A stretch of DNA of 64,000 nucleotides from Ylistrum balloti. Taxonomy: Eukaryota. The stretch lies in contig NW_026782006.1 of NCBI RefSeq assembly GCF_031769215.1, positions 908,070-972,069 on the forward strand. Direction: 5' to 3'. This document shows positions 26,801-38,800 of this stretch, piece after piece. The notes beneath the pieces are model-generated. The model was given only the letters and a program-made list of their open reading frames with translations. It was not told the DNA's origin and made no database searches. The position numbers were made by a program, and so were the translations under genes. Each line of letters begins with the position of its first letter. Positions within the stretch are counted from its first letter, which is position 1.

Positions 26801-29800
26801 GAGGACTGCCTGATTTAAGACAGAGAGAGACAAAGAACATTTTGAGCCACAAAAGGACAAACAACAGATGTGCTATAATGATAGGCACTTATACATAACA
26901 ATATTCCAATGTAAAACCGACAACTAAAGTTTACAAAAATAGTGTGCTACATTTGCAATGTAAAATAATTACCCCTAAATAAATACTGTGATGATGAAGC
27001 TATACGATGTTAACATCTATGTCGCAGTGTAAGGCTCACTCAACAGACATAACTGTGATGATGAAGCTATACGATGTTAACATATTATCTATGTCGCAGT
27101 GTAAGGCTCACTCAACAGACATAACTGTGATGATGAAGCTATACGATGTTAACATCTATGTCGCAGTGTAAGGCTCACTCAACAGACATAACTGTGATGA
27201 TGAAGCTATACGATGTTAACATATGATCTATGTCGCAGTGTAAGGCTCACTCAACAGACATAACTGTGATGATGAAGCTATACGATGTTAACATATTATC
27301 TATGTCGCAGTGTAAGGCTCACTCAACAGACATAACTGTGATGATGAAGCTATACGATGTTAACATATTATCTATGTCGCAGTGTAAGGCTCACTCAACA
27401 GACATAACTGTGATGATGAAGCTATACGATGTTAACATATTATCTATGTCGCAGTGTAAGGCTCACTCAACAGACATAACTGTGATGATGAAGCTATACG
27501 ATGTTAACATATTATCTATGTCGCAGTGTAAGGCTCACTCAACAGACATAACTGTGATGATGAAGCTATACGATGTTAACATCTATGTCGCAGTGTAAGG
27601 CTCACTCAACAGACATAACTGTGATGATGAAGCTACTATACGATGTTAACATCTATGTCGCAGTGTAAGGCTCACTCAACAGACATAACTGTGATGATGA
27701 AGCTATACGATGTTAACATATTATCTATGTCGCAATGTAAGGCTCACTCAACAGACATAACTGTGATGATGAAGCTATACGATGTTAACATATTATCTAT
27801 GTCGCAGCGTAAGGCTCACTCAACAGACATAACTGTGATGAAGAAAATGTTACCTTGCCATTCTTTATCTTCTTCACTTGACCTTTATCATCAATGCTCT
27901 ACAAAATAAAATCAACACCCAATTTGATATTTATAGATGTAACACATTGAACATTTCTGCCGTAAGTAGTTGCCTTTTTGTATTATACATTCAGTGCCCT
28001 TACTTACTCACTTTATCACAAAGCTTTCAAAATGGTGTGTTATTGACAGTTCGAAAAAAATAAACTAAAAATGTCCTTTTTTATTACAAAATTACAAATC
28101 AAGTAAATGAGTTGATATTTATTTTTAATATAACTTTGATGTAAAAGTGATTAAAATCAATTTGAAAATTGAAAAAAGAGGTTGCTAACTCAATAATAAA
28201 TGTCTCAGTGCCATGGAGTTGCCGAATGCTTACTTAGTTTGTAAAACAGATATACATTTCAGCATTAAAAAATTGTTTAAAATACTACGTATCATATAAT
28301 GCTTGTTTACTTTGTAAAATAAATACAAATTACAACATGACTGCATAATACCTCTTTAATATGTTCACTAGAGTGATCTGTTTAATGGATTTGAGTGCAG
28401 GATTATGCTAACAGAAACGTAAGGTAATATGCAGGGGTTTATAATTCTATATATAAATAGTCATTAAAGATAGTGTAAATTTAATTACCCAGCAAATGTT
28501 TTCACACTTAATCCAAATGTCCCAAAATTTATGTTACCATGCCTATGTTGGTAACAATGTAGAGACATGCCTGATATTTGATATATGTGAACTTGCCTAA
28601 GCTTGGACATCTGGGAAACATTAGCCCTGCAAAATTATTGTTAAATATAGTTTTCCTCCATTTTGAACAGTTGTTAAATGTTCCACATTAATTAAGTGGT
28701 AAAAAGAAACAATAATATATTTAGTCAACATTTCTCAACCGAAAATCTAAATGTGATTTTCTTCTGACCTTAATCTATGTGGGCACTGAAATCTAACCAG
28801 GTGCACACCCTGACAGGTCTGGTGTGAATATAAAGTAACATGCACAGCTTGTACACAAGAATGACTTTTGACCTTCCACTTTGATTGATGACAACCAAAT
28901 TCTAGTCGGGTATAGATCTTGGTGGGGTTCATGAGGCATCTTGTACACAAACTTTTTACATCAGAAGTAGTCAAGGGTGAACTTTGACCTTTAACCATGA
29001 CCAAAGATCACTGAAAGCTCCAAGGTAAACCCTGGTGGGGTTAAGATATAGTTTGAACATAAAGTAAAATTGTAAGGGGTCATGAGATATATTGTGCACA
29101 GTTTACCATGGACAATTGGACAAATTGCTTACTTTATACACACCCTTCCCTTACTAAAGTGAGTGGTATAATTATTTCTGTCTGTGACTTACTTAAGTGA
29201 TTTGAGAATCAAACTATGAAATACATACCGCAATCATAATTTCATGGGTTGGGCTATGGACACTTCTTATGTCGAAGGGCATGTCCACTGCCACCTCTAC
29301 ACAGCATTCAATGTCCTTGGGGAAGGAAACAAAACCAGTTTTATCAACAGTCAGAAATATACACCAGGGATCCAAACGGGATGTTGGCACCAGTTTACCT
29401 CTATTTGTTCTTCAAAAGTTGGGAATATTTTTTCACTTCTTTTATCCCTGTTTTTGCTCTAAACTGAAGGAAATTTAAAAATTCTTTTGAAGAAATAGTG
29501 ATAACCTTTAACTATCAAATCAATGATGGTTGCTAGCCATTATTGTTTTTCTAATCAGTTTCACAACCAAAAGGCACAACTAGGTTCCAAGAGAAATCTA
29601 CATAATTCTGAAATTTGAGAAAGATCCAGTCCTACTCAAGAAATAACAAAGTTATATTGTCAAAATCAAAGATGGCCACCTGTCAGCCAATTAGATTTTT
29701 TATCTATCCCAAAATACAAAATCAAAATGCACAACTAAGGACCAAAGGGCACCTACATATGAAATTGGAGAAAGATCCATCAAGCACTGTATAGTGATAC

Positions 29801-32800
29801 TAATTTTTCAATGTCAAAATTCTAGACAAGTCAACTGTTGACCATGGTGTTTTTCTGATCAGTCCCAAAATCAAAGGGGCTCAATTAGGGACTGAGGGAA
29901 ACCTACAAATGAACTTTGAGAAAAGATCCATCCTCTAATTCTCAGGAGAAAGTGATAATTGAAATTATTTATGGATGGTCATAAAAAATGGACATCAGGC
30001 AGTTTTAAAAGCCCACCATCAGATGATGGTGGGGAAAAATCTAAACATTACAAAACTTGATTAAATTTGAAGTTTTGTTACATAAAAATTCATCTTAATG
30101 CTTGCAATTTTGATCTCAGTCTTAGTGTAAAAAAATATTTGTGATTTTCAGTTAATGTTTGTCATGGTCTGTGGAGGCTGTGTATCTGTGACTTCCTATC
30201 AACGTTTGTGATAGTCTGTTGAGGCTGTGCATCTGTGACTTCCTGTCAATGTCTGTGAAAATCTGTTAAGGCTGTGTATCTGTGACTTCCTGTCAATGTT
30301 TGTGATGGACTGTTGAAGCTGTGTATCTGTGGCTTCCTGTCAATGTTTGTGATGGTCTGTGGAGGCTGTGTATCTGTGACTTCCTGTCAATGTCTGTGAT
30401 GGTCTGTGGAGGCTGTGTATCTGTGACTTCCTGTCAATGTTTGTGATAGTCTGTTGAGGCTGTGTATCTGTGACTTCCTGTCAATGTTTGTGATAGTCTG
30501 TTGAGGCTGTGTAACTGTGACTTCCTGTCAATGTTTGTGATAGTCTGTGGAGGCTGTGTATCTGTGACTTCCTATCAACGTTTGTGATAGTCTGTTGAGG
30601 CTGTGCATCTGTGACTTCCTGTCAATGTCTGTGAAAGTCTGTTAAGGCTGTGTATCTGTGACTTCCTGTCAATGTTTGTGATGGTCTGTTGAAGCTGTGT
30701 ATCTGTGGCTTCCTGTCAATGTTTGTGATAGTCTGTTGAGGCTGTGTAACTGTGACTTCCTGTCAATGTTTGTGATAGTCTGTGGAGGCTGTGTATCTGT
30801 GACTTCCTGTCAATGTTTGTGATAGTCTGTTGAGGCTGTGTAACTGTGACTTCCTGTCAATGTTTGTGATAGTCTGTGGTGGCTGTGTATCTGTGACTTC
30901 CTGTCTGCTGTGTAACTGTGACTTCCTGTCAATGTTTGTGATAGTCTGTTGAGGCTGTGACTTCCTGTCAATGTTTGTGATAGTCTGTCTATTGAGGCTG
31001 TGTATCTGTGACTTCCTGTCAATGTTTGTGATATGGTCTGTGGAGGCTGTGTATCTGTGACTTCCTGTCAATGTTTGTGATAGTCTGTTGAGGCTGTGTG
31101 TATAGTCTGTTGAGGCTGTGCATCTGTGACTTCCTGTCAATGTTTGTGATAGTCTGTGTGAGGCTGTGTATAGTCTGTGAGGACTGTGACTTCCTGTCAA
31201 TGTTTGTGATAGTCTGTGGAGGCTGTGTATCTGTGACTTCCTGTCAATGTTTGTGATAGTCTGTTGAGGCTGTGTAACTGTGACTTCCTGTCAATGTTTG
31301 TGATAGTCTGTGGTGGCTGTGTATCTGTGACTTCCTGTCAATGTTTGTGATAGTCTGTTGAGGCTGTGTAACTGTGACTTCCTGTCAATGTTTGTGATAG
31401 TCTGTTGAGGCTGTGTAACTGTGACTTCCTGTCAATATCTGTGATAGTCTGTTGAGGCTGTGTATCTGTCACTCCCTGTCAATGTATGTGATAGTCTATT
31501 GAGGCTGTGTATCTGTGACTTCCTGTCAATGTTTGTGATGGACTGTTGAAGCTGTGTATCTGTGGCTTCCTGTCAATGTTTGTGATGGTCTGTGGAGGCT
31601 GTGTATCTGTGACTTCCTGTCAATGTCTGTGATGGTCTGTGGAGGCTGTGTATCTGTGACTTCCTGTCAATGTTTGTGATAGTCTGTTGAGGCTGTGTAT
31701 CTGTGACTTCCTGTCAACGTTTGTGATAGTCTGTTGAGGCTGTGCATCTGTGACTTCCTGTCAATGTCTGTGAAAGTCTGTTAAGGCTGTGTATCTGTGA
31801 CTTCCTGTCAATGTTTGTGATGGTCTGTTGAAGCTGTGTATCTGTGGCTTCCTGTCAATGTTTGTGATAGTCTGTTGAGGCTGTGTAACTGTGACTTCCT
31901 GTCAATGTTTGTGATAGTCTGTGGAGGCTGTGTATCTGTGACTTCCTGTCAATGTTTGTGATAGTCTGTTGAGGCTGTGTAACTGTGACTTCCTGTCAAT
32001 GTTTGTGATAGTCTGTGGTGGCTGTGTATCTGTGACTTCCTGTCAATGTTTGTGATAGTCTGTTGAGGCTGTGTAACTGTGACTTCCTGTCAATGTTTGT
32101 GATAGTCTGTTGAGGCTGTGTAACTGTGACTTCCTGTCAATATCTGTGATAGTCTGTTGAGGCTGTGTATCTGTCACTCCCTGTCAATGTATGTGATAGT
32201 CTATTGAGGCTGTGTATCTGTGACTTCCTGTCAATGTTTGTGATAGTCTGTTAAGGCTGTGAAACTGTGACTTCCTTTCAATGTTTGTGATAGTCTGTGG
32301 TGGCTGTGTATCTGTGACTTCCTGTCAATGTCTGTGATAGTGTGAAGAGGCTGTGTATCTGTCACTCCCTGTCAATGTCTGTGATAGTATGAAGAGGCTG
32401 TGTATCTGTCACTCCCTGTCAATGTCTGTGATAGTATGAAGAGGCTGTGTATCTGTCACTCCCTGTCAATGTCTGTGATAGTCTATTGAGGCTGTATATC
32501 TGTCACTTCCTGTTAATGTTTGTGATAGTATGTTGAGGGTTTGTATCTGTCACTTCCTGTCAATGTCTGTGATAGTATGAAGAGGCTGTGTATCTGTCAC
32601 TTCCTGTCAATGTCTGTGATAGTCTATTGAGGCTGTGTATCTGTCACGTCCTGTTAATGTTTGTGATAGTATGTTGAGGGTTTGTATCTGTCACTTCCTG
32701 TCAATGTCTGTGATAGTATGAAGAGGCTGTGTATCTGTCACTTCCTGTCAATGTCTGTGATAGTCTATTGAGGCTGTGTATCTGTCACTTCCTGTCAATG

Positions 32801-35800
32801 TCTGTGATAGTATGAAGAGGCTGTGTATCTGTCACTTCCTGTCAATGTCTGTGATAGTATGTTGAGGCTGTGTATCTGTCACTTCCTGTCAATGTCTGTG
32901 ATAGTATGAAGAGGCTGTGTATCTGTCACTTCCTGTCAATGTCTGTGATAGTATGAAGAGGCTGTGTATCTGTCACTTCCTGTCAATGTCTGTGATAGTA
33001 TGAAGAGGCTGTGTATCTGTCACTTCCTGTCAATGTCTGTGATAGTATGAAGAGGCTGTGTATCTGTGACTTCCTGTCAATGTCTGTGATAGTATGAAGA
33101 GGCTGTGTATCTGTGACTTCCTGTCAATGTCTGTGATAGTATGAAGAGGCTGTGTATCTGTCACTTCCTGTCAATGTCTGTGATAGTATGAAGAGGCTGT
33201 GTATCTGTCACTTCCTGTCAATGTCTGTGATGGTATGAAGAGGCTGTGTATCTGTTACTTCCTGTCAATGTCTGTGATAGTATGAAGAGGCTGTGTATCT
33301 GTCACTTCCTGTCAATCTTTATGATAGACTGGTGGTGATTATATTCTTACATTGCTGTCCTGAGAGCTCTTTTTCCATGGTGCTAAGGTACCTGGAAGAC
33401 GGAAACTGACAAGATCATCTTCAACCTGTAATTCTGTGACATAGGTTATCTTGATAACAACATCTGCATTGGCCGGAACATTTCCCACACTGACTGTAAA
33501 CACATCCTGTTAAGAAAATGAAAACTGTCAAATCATCAGAACCTCAGCTTCAAGATTTGCTGAAGATGAACATGTACCTTATACTGTTGAAACTTGTCTC
33601 AAAAATCCAAATCCAAATTCTGTTAGAGTTTAAATAATTTTCAAGTCATGAACTTTTTCCTATCATATCTTTGTAATTTCAGTTTGGATGACTCGAATTT
33701 CATTGAGTCGAAATTTCGGTTGAGTCAAAGCAATTTTTCAGTCCCTTCCATTGGAAAGCAAGGGAAAACTCATTTATTGTCTTGAAATTGATTTTTGTCA
33801 AAACAATGGTTTGTCTTCTGACCAAATCGACAAATACATACACAAAGTAGAAAGTCACATATGTGTAACACATGGCTAATTACAGCATATCTGTGGTCCA
33901 TCGTACACACAAAACTTGGTCACTGGCGATTAGTTACCAGTTTAATTATCCAATTAAAGTTTGGCTTCTTAATTAGTGTCACCATCTTGTAGAAGTGACT
34001 TACCTGTACATTAAAAAAGTAGCATGTTAACACAAAACATGAAAACATTTAGCTTGGTTGCGTGCATCTTCAGGAACAATAAAAACGAAACTGTCAAACC
34101 AGTATAAACTTTTTGACGAAATCTGATCCCAACAATTCCAAAAGAAACTAATTTTAAGCTTGTTTACTAAAGGACTGTGATCGGTAACTTTGTAAGATTT
34201 AGTGTTTGGACAATGAAGTGCTGAACGTATCTGTCGTTAATTTTTCATTAATTCATGATTAAACAATGGTGTAAAAACTAACATCAGGAAAAAACATAGG
34301 AGTCCGCCTTGTGTATAATACTGTTTGACACTTTCTGTTATCTGGTTCCTTCTGCTTGTAGATTTTATCCGTTAAAGTCATTAATGCCCTTGTAACTGAT
34401 ACATAATTTAGATTGAACACTTTATAGATTTTATCTGTGTAAGTCATTAATGCCTTTGTAACTGGTACATAATTTGGATTGAACACCTTATAGATTCAGA
34501 TCAGAATTCAAATTGAATTTCGGTTTTCCTTTCATTGAATCAATACTTAAAACTCTTTCACAAAAGTTTGTTTTGAAATAGTAATTCTAACAAGCTGTTT
34601 GACATACCGGTGATTCTTCATCCTGATCCATCAGGTAGGCCCCATGGCCCTCACTGATAGCCTTTTTGTACTCTTGGTGAGCCGTCTCTTTTTCTTTCAC
34701 CTCCCCGACCACATGCTTGTCATTGATGTATGCTTCAAATCCACACACTGCAGCCATCTCATCAAGGGGAAAGACATACTTGCCCTCCAACATTTCCTCA
34801 CTGTTGTTATGGTAATGTTGTAAAACCTTCACCTGACAAGGTTAAGGTCACAACTCACTGTTTAAAGTTATAACTACACCAATCTCCATATAAATGAGGA
34901 GACAGGATGTATCAGCTCAAATTAACCTTATTTTGCAGTTTTGAACATAATGTGTCACATAAATGTTTTGACATAACTAATCCTCACCTGATATGTCAAG
35001 GTTCAACAGTTTAAATTAGTCAAAACTTTGTCAAACTCGTCAAGGTCACAATTATCTACTGTTACAATTACACTATGTCAAGGTCACAATTACCTACTGT
35101 TACAATTACACTATGTCAAGGCCACAATTACCTACTGTAACAATTACACTATGTCAAGGCCACAATTACCTACTGTAACAATTACACTATATCAAGGCCA
35201 CAATTATCTACTGTAACAATTACACTATGTCAAGGTCACAATTATCTACTGTAACAATTACACTATGTCAAGGTCACAATTACCTACTGTAACAATTACA
35301 CTATGTCAAGGCCACAATTACCTACTGTAACAATTACACTATATCAAGGCCACAATTACCTACTGTAACAATTACACTATGTCAAGGTCACAATTATCTA
35401 CTGTAACAATTACACTATGTCAAGGTCACAATTACCTGCTGTAACAATTACACTATGTCAAGGTCACAATTATCTACTATAACAATTACACTATGTCAAG
35501 GTCACAATTACCTACTGTAACAATTACACTATGTCAAGGTCACAATTACCTACTGTTACAATTACACTATGTCAAGGTCACAATTACCTACTGTTACAAT
35601 TACACTATGTCAAGGTCACAATTATCTACTGTTACAATTGCACTATGTCAAGGTCACAATTATCTACTGTTGCAATTACACTATGTCAAGGTCACAATTA
35701 CCTACTGTTACAATTACACTATGTCAAGGTCACAATTACCTACTGTAACAATTATACTAACTTTGTTTATTAATAATACACTAGTACCATTATTAATTAT

Positions 35801-38800
35801 TTCACAAAAATGGAAAATCTTGTAAATATTATGAAGCAATCAAAAAAGTCATGTCACTACTTGTAGAAAACACAGCAATATTTTACTTTATCAGATAATC
35901 TGGCTGTTGTTCCATGCATTCATCCATGTAATATTTTTACTTCAATGTCACTAGTGTAATTTACCCTAGAGCATTTTTCATTGGCTGTTTCATTCAGAAT
36001 TGAATCGTGATGTTATATCATGGATGATGATGTAATGTCATGAACAGAAAATGGAACAACAAAATGGCTGTCTTTGTTGGATTTTCCTCCTTCTGTATTA
36101 ACAACTGTGAAAACTTCAATCACCTGTGTGATCAAATGTATTCTCATTTCATACAAGATTTTTTGGAACACATCTTGCTTGCCAAAAAACTATGAAAATA
36201 AAACAAATTTTTTACAAAATAATTGTACAATAAATACTGTAGTAACCTGTCCTTTAAGTATGCGATTGATATTCATTCTATTAACAAAACAACTACAGGG
36301 AAGAATTTGACAAACAATTAGTCAAACATAATATCATTCACATCAAAATACCTCAGCCACCAAGTCCTTCAGTTTGCCAAACACATTTACACTGGTTAGT
36401 TCAACAGGATTAATGTCTTTCCCATCAGCCACCAGTCCTGATTTCACCTTTGTCATGGGATCTAAGACATCTTTCACATCTGCTAAATCTGAAACAAGGA
36501 TTTTATGTCATGATCACAGAAATTCACAAACTTAAAGAATGTTCATTCCATCCAAATATTTTTTGGTTTATTGAAATAGCTGTAATATTTTAAAGACTCA
36601 GTCATTATACAAATTACTAGTGATTATAAAGGAAAACTTTGCAACACCAGGCAATTTTCCTGACTATCAGAAAACAATTAACACCAAAATACACAAAAAT
36701 ACACTAAAAGGAGCACTTATCATGCTAAAGAAACATTCTTCTTATTCTTCAAATCTATAACATATTCTCCAAATTATTGTCAAACATCAGAAAGCTATAA
36801 ATCAATTATATATCTTTTAACAAATTACAGTTTCCAAACTGATTTTATTTAAATTTAATACATACTGATTTTGTCCATTTTTGTTGTTGAGTCAGTATAA
36901 GTATCAACACTGTTGTCTGTGGGTACAATTTCCATAGGTATAGGGGTCTCACTGCCGATGGTGAACTCCACCAGGTAGCACATCTTCTGTTGATTCTGAG
37001 AGTATACTACATACTCATCCTCCTAAAACATAAATACAAATTCCCTTTCCCTGCTAATAATGTCCTCACTCACCTTTCTCACTTAGATATTTACTGCCTT
37101 CAATATTTTGACAGAAATTACAGGAAAAAGGAATATATGACTGGACAGGAGACATACTTTTTACCAGCGTGAAGATAACTTTGGAATCATTCCTTATGGC
37201 ACATAATCACCAGAGGAGCAAAAGAATCTCCCTCCCGGCACTATATTTTGACAAAATTTAAATCGTAATTGTAAAATCTTAACAATATCTTACCGTAAAG
37301 TCAGATGCTTTGTTGGATGTGCTGGCCACACCATGGACACTAGAGTACCCATCTGGGGCATGCTCAAGGGTCTTGTCATGTGTGTATAGGTCCATACACT
37401 TGCCTAGAGCAACCTTATTAACCAGCATCATCCTTGTGCCCCGACTCTTACTGACCTGTGAGTACTTCACACTGGTGCTGGAAAAACAATACAATAACTG
37501 ACTGCTGGTGAAAAGGTGCATCAACAAAGTGTGAGATAAGTAATTATCTCGTTGTTATAGTGTGAGATAAGTAATTATCTCGTTGTTATAGTGTGAGATA
37601 AGTAATTATCTCATTGTTATAGTGTGAGATAAGTAATTATCTCCTGGTTATAGTGTGAGATAAGTAATTATCTCCTGGTTATAGTGTGAGATAAGTAATT
37701 ATCTCCTGGTTATAGTGTGAGATAAGTAATTATCTCATTGTTATAGTGTGAGATAAGTAATTATCTCCTGGTTATAGTGTGAGATAAGTAATTATCTCGT
37801 TGTTATAGTGTGAGATAAGTAATTATCTCGTTGTTATAGTGTGAGATAAGTAATTATCTCATTGTTATAGTGTGAGATAAGTAATTATCTCCTGGTTATA
37901 GTGTGAGCTAAGTAAGTATCTCATTGTTATAGTGTGAGATAAGTAATTATCTCCTTGTTATAGTGTGAGATAAGTAATTATCCCCTTGTTATAGTGTGAG
38001 ATAAGTAATTATCTCCTTGTTATAGTGTGAGATAAGTAATTATCTCCTTGTTATAGTGTGAGATAAGTAATTATCTCCTGGTTATAGTGTGAGATAAGTA
38101 ATTATCTCATTGTTATAGTGTGAGATAAGTAATTATCTCCTTGTTATAGTGTGAGATAAGTAATTATCTCCTGGTTATAGTGTGAGATAAGTAATTATCT
38201 CGTTGTTATAGTGTGAGATAAGTAATTATCTCGTTGTTATAGTGTGAGATAAGTAATTATCTCCTGGTTATAGTGTGAGATAAGTAATTATCTCGTTGTT
38301 ATAGTGTGAGATAAGTAATTATCTCCTTGTTATAGTGTGAGATAAGTAATTATCTCCTTGTTATAGTGTGAGATAAGTCATTATCTCCTTGTTATAGTGT
38401 GAGATAAGTCATTATCTCCTTGTTATAGTGTGAGATAAGTAATTATCTCCTTGTTATAGTGTGAGATAAGTCATTATCTCCTTGTTATAGTGTGAAATGT
38501 ATTACATAATTATCTCCTGGTTATAGTGTGAAAACTTTCAACCACATTTACTATACACAGTTCTCCATTACATTATCAAACATACAGATTTTGGTTCTTT
38601 GTGCTCACAAATATTGAAAGAAAACATTTAAACATGTATACCAGTATGTATTCAAACCTGAAACTCTCAAAATCAAATTAAATTTTTCTCCTATTCTCAC
38701 ATCATTACAAAAAGAAATGTAAACTAGACACAATAACATAACTTATAGTTACAAGCATTAGAAGCCTGGTAAATATGTATCTTTATTTTCTTACCTTGCA

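Noticed and set aside
28747-29004. 85-aa minus-strand ORF between PARP4 exons 16 and 17
   Set aside because: Falls in an interspersed-repeat duplication. The sequence is not homologous to PARP4 and is out of phase with the neighbouring exons.
20576-36488. Calling the VIT-vWA exons a separate VWA5A gene
   Set aside because: The upstream PARP catalytic, regulatory and BRCT exons join the VIT exons in continuous reading phase (exon 12 phase 1 into exon 13). The motifs match PARP4 specifically (VIKITYVTEL, ACMLTFYP, NRHVLGALARVGAGVF).
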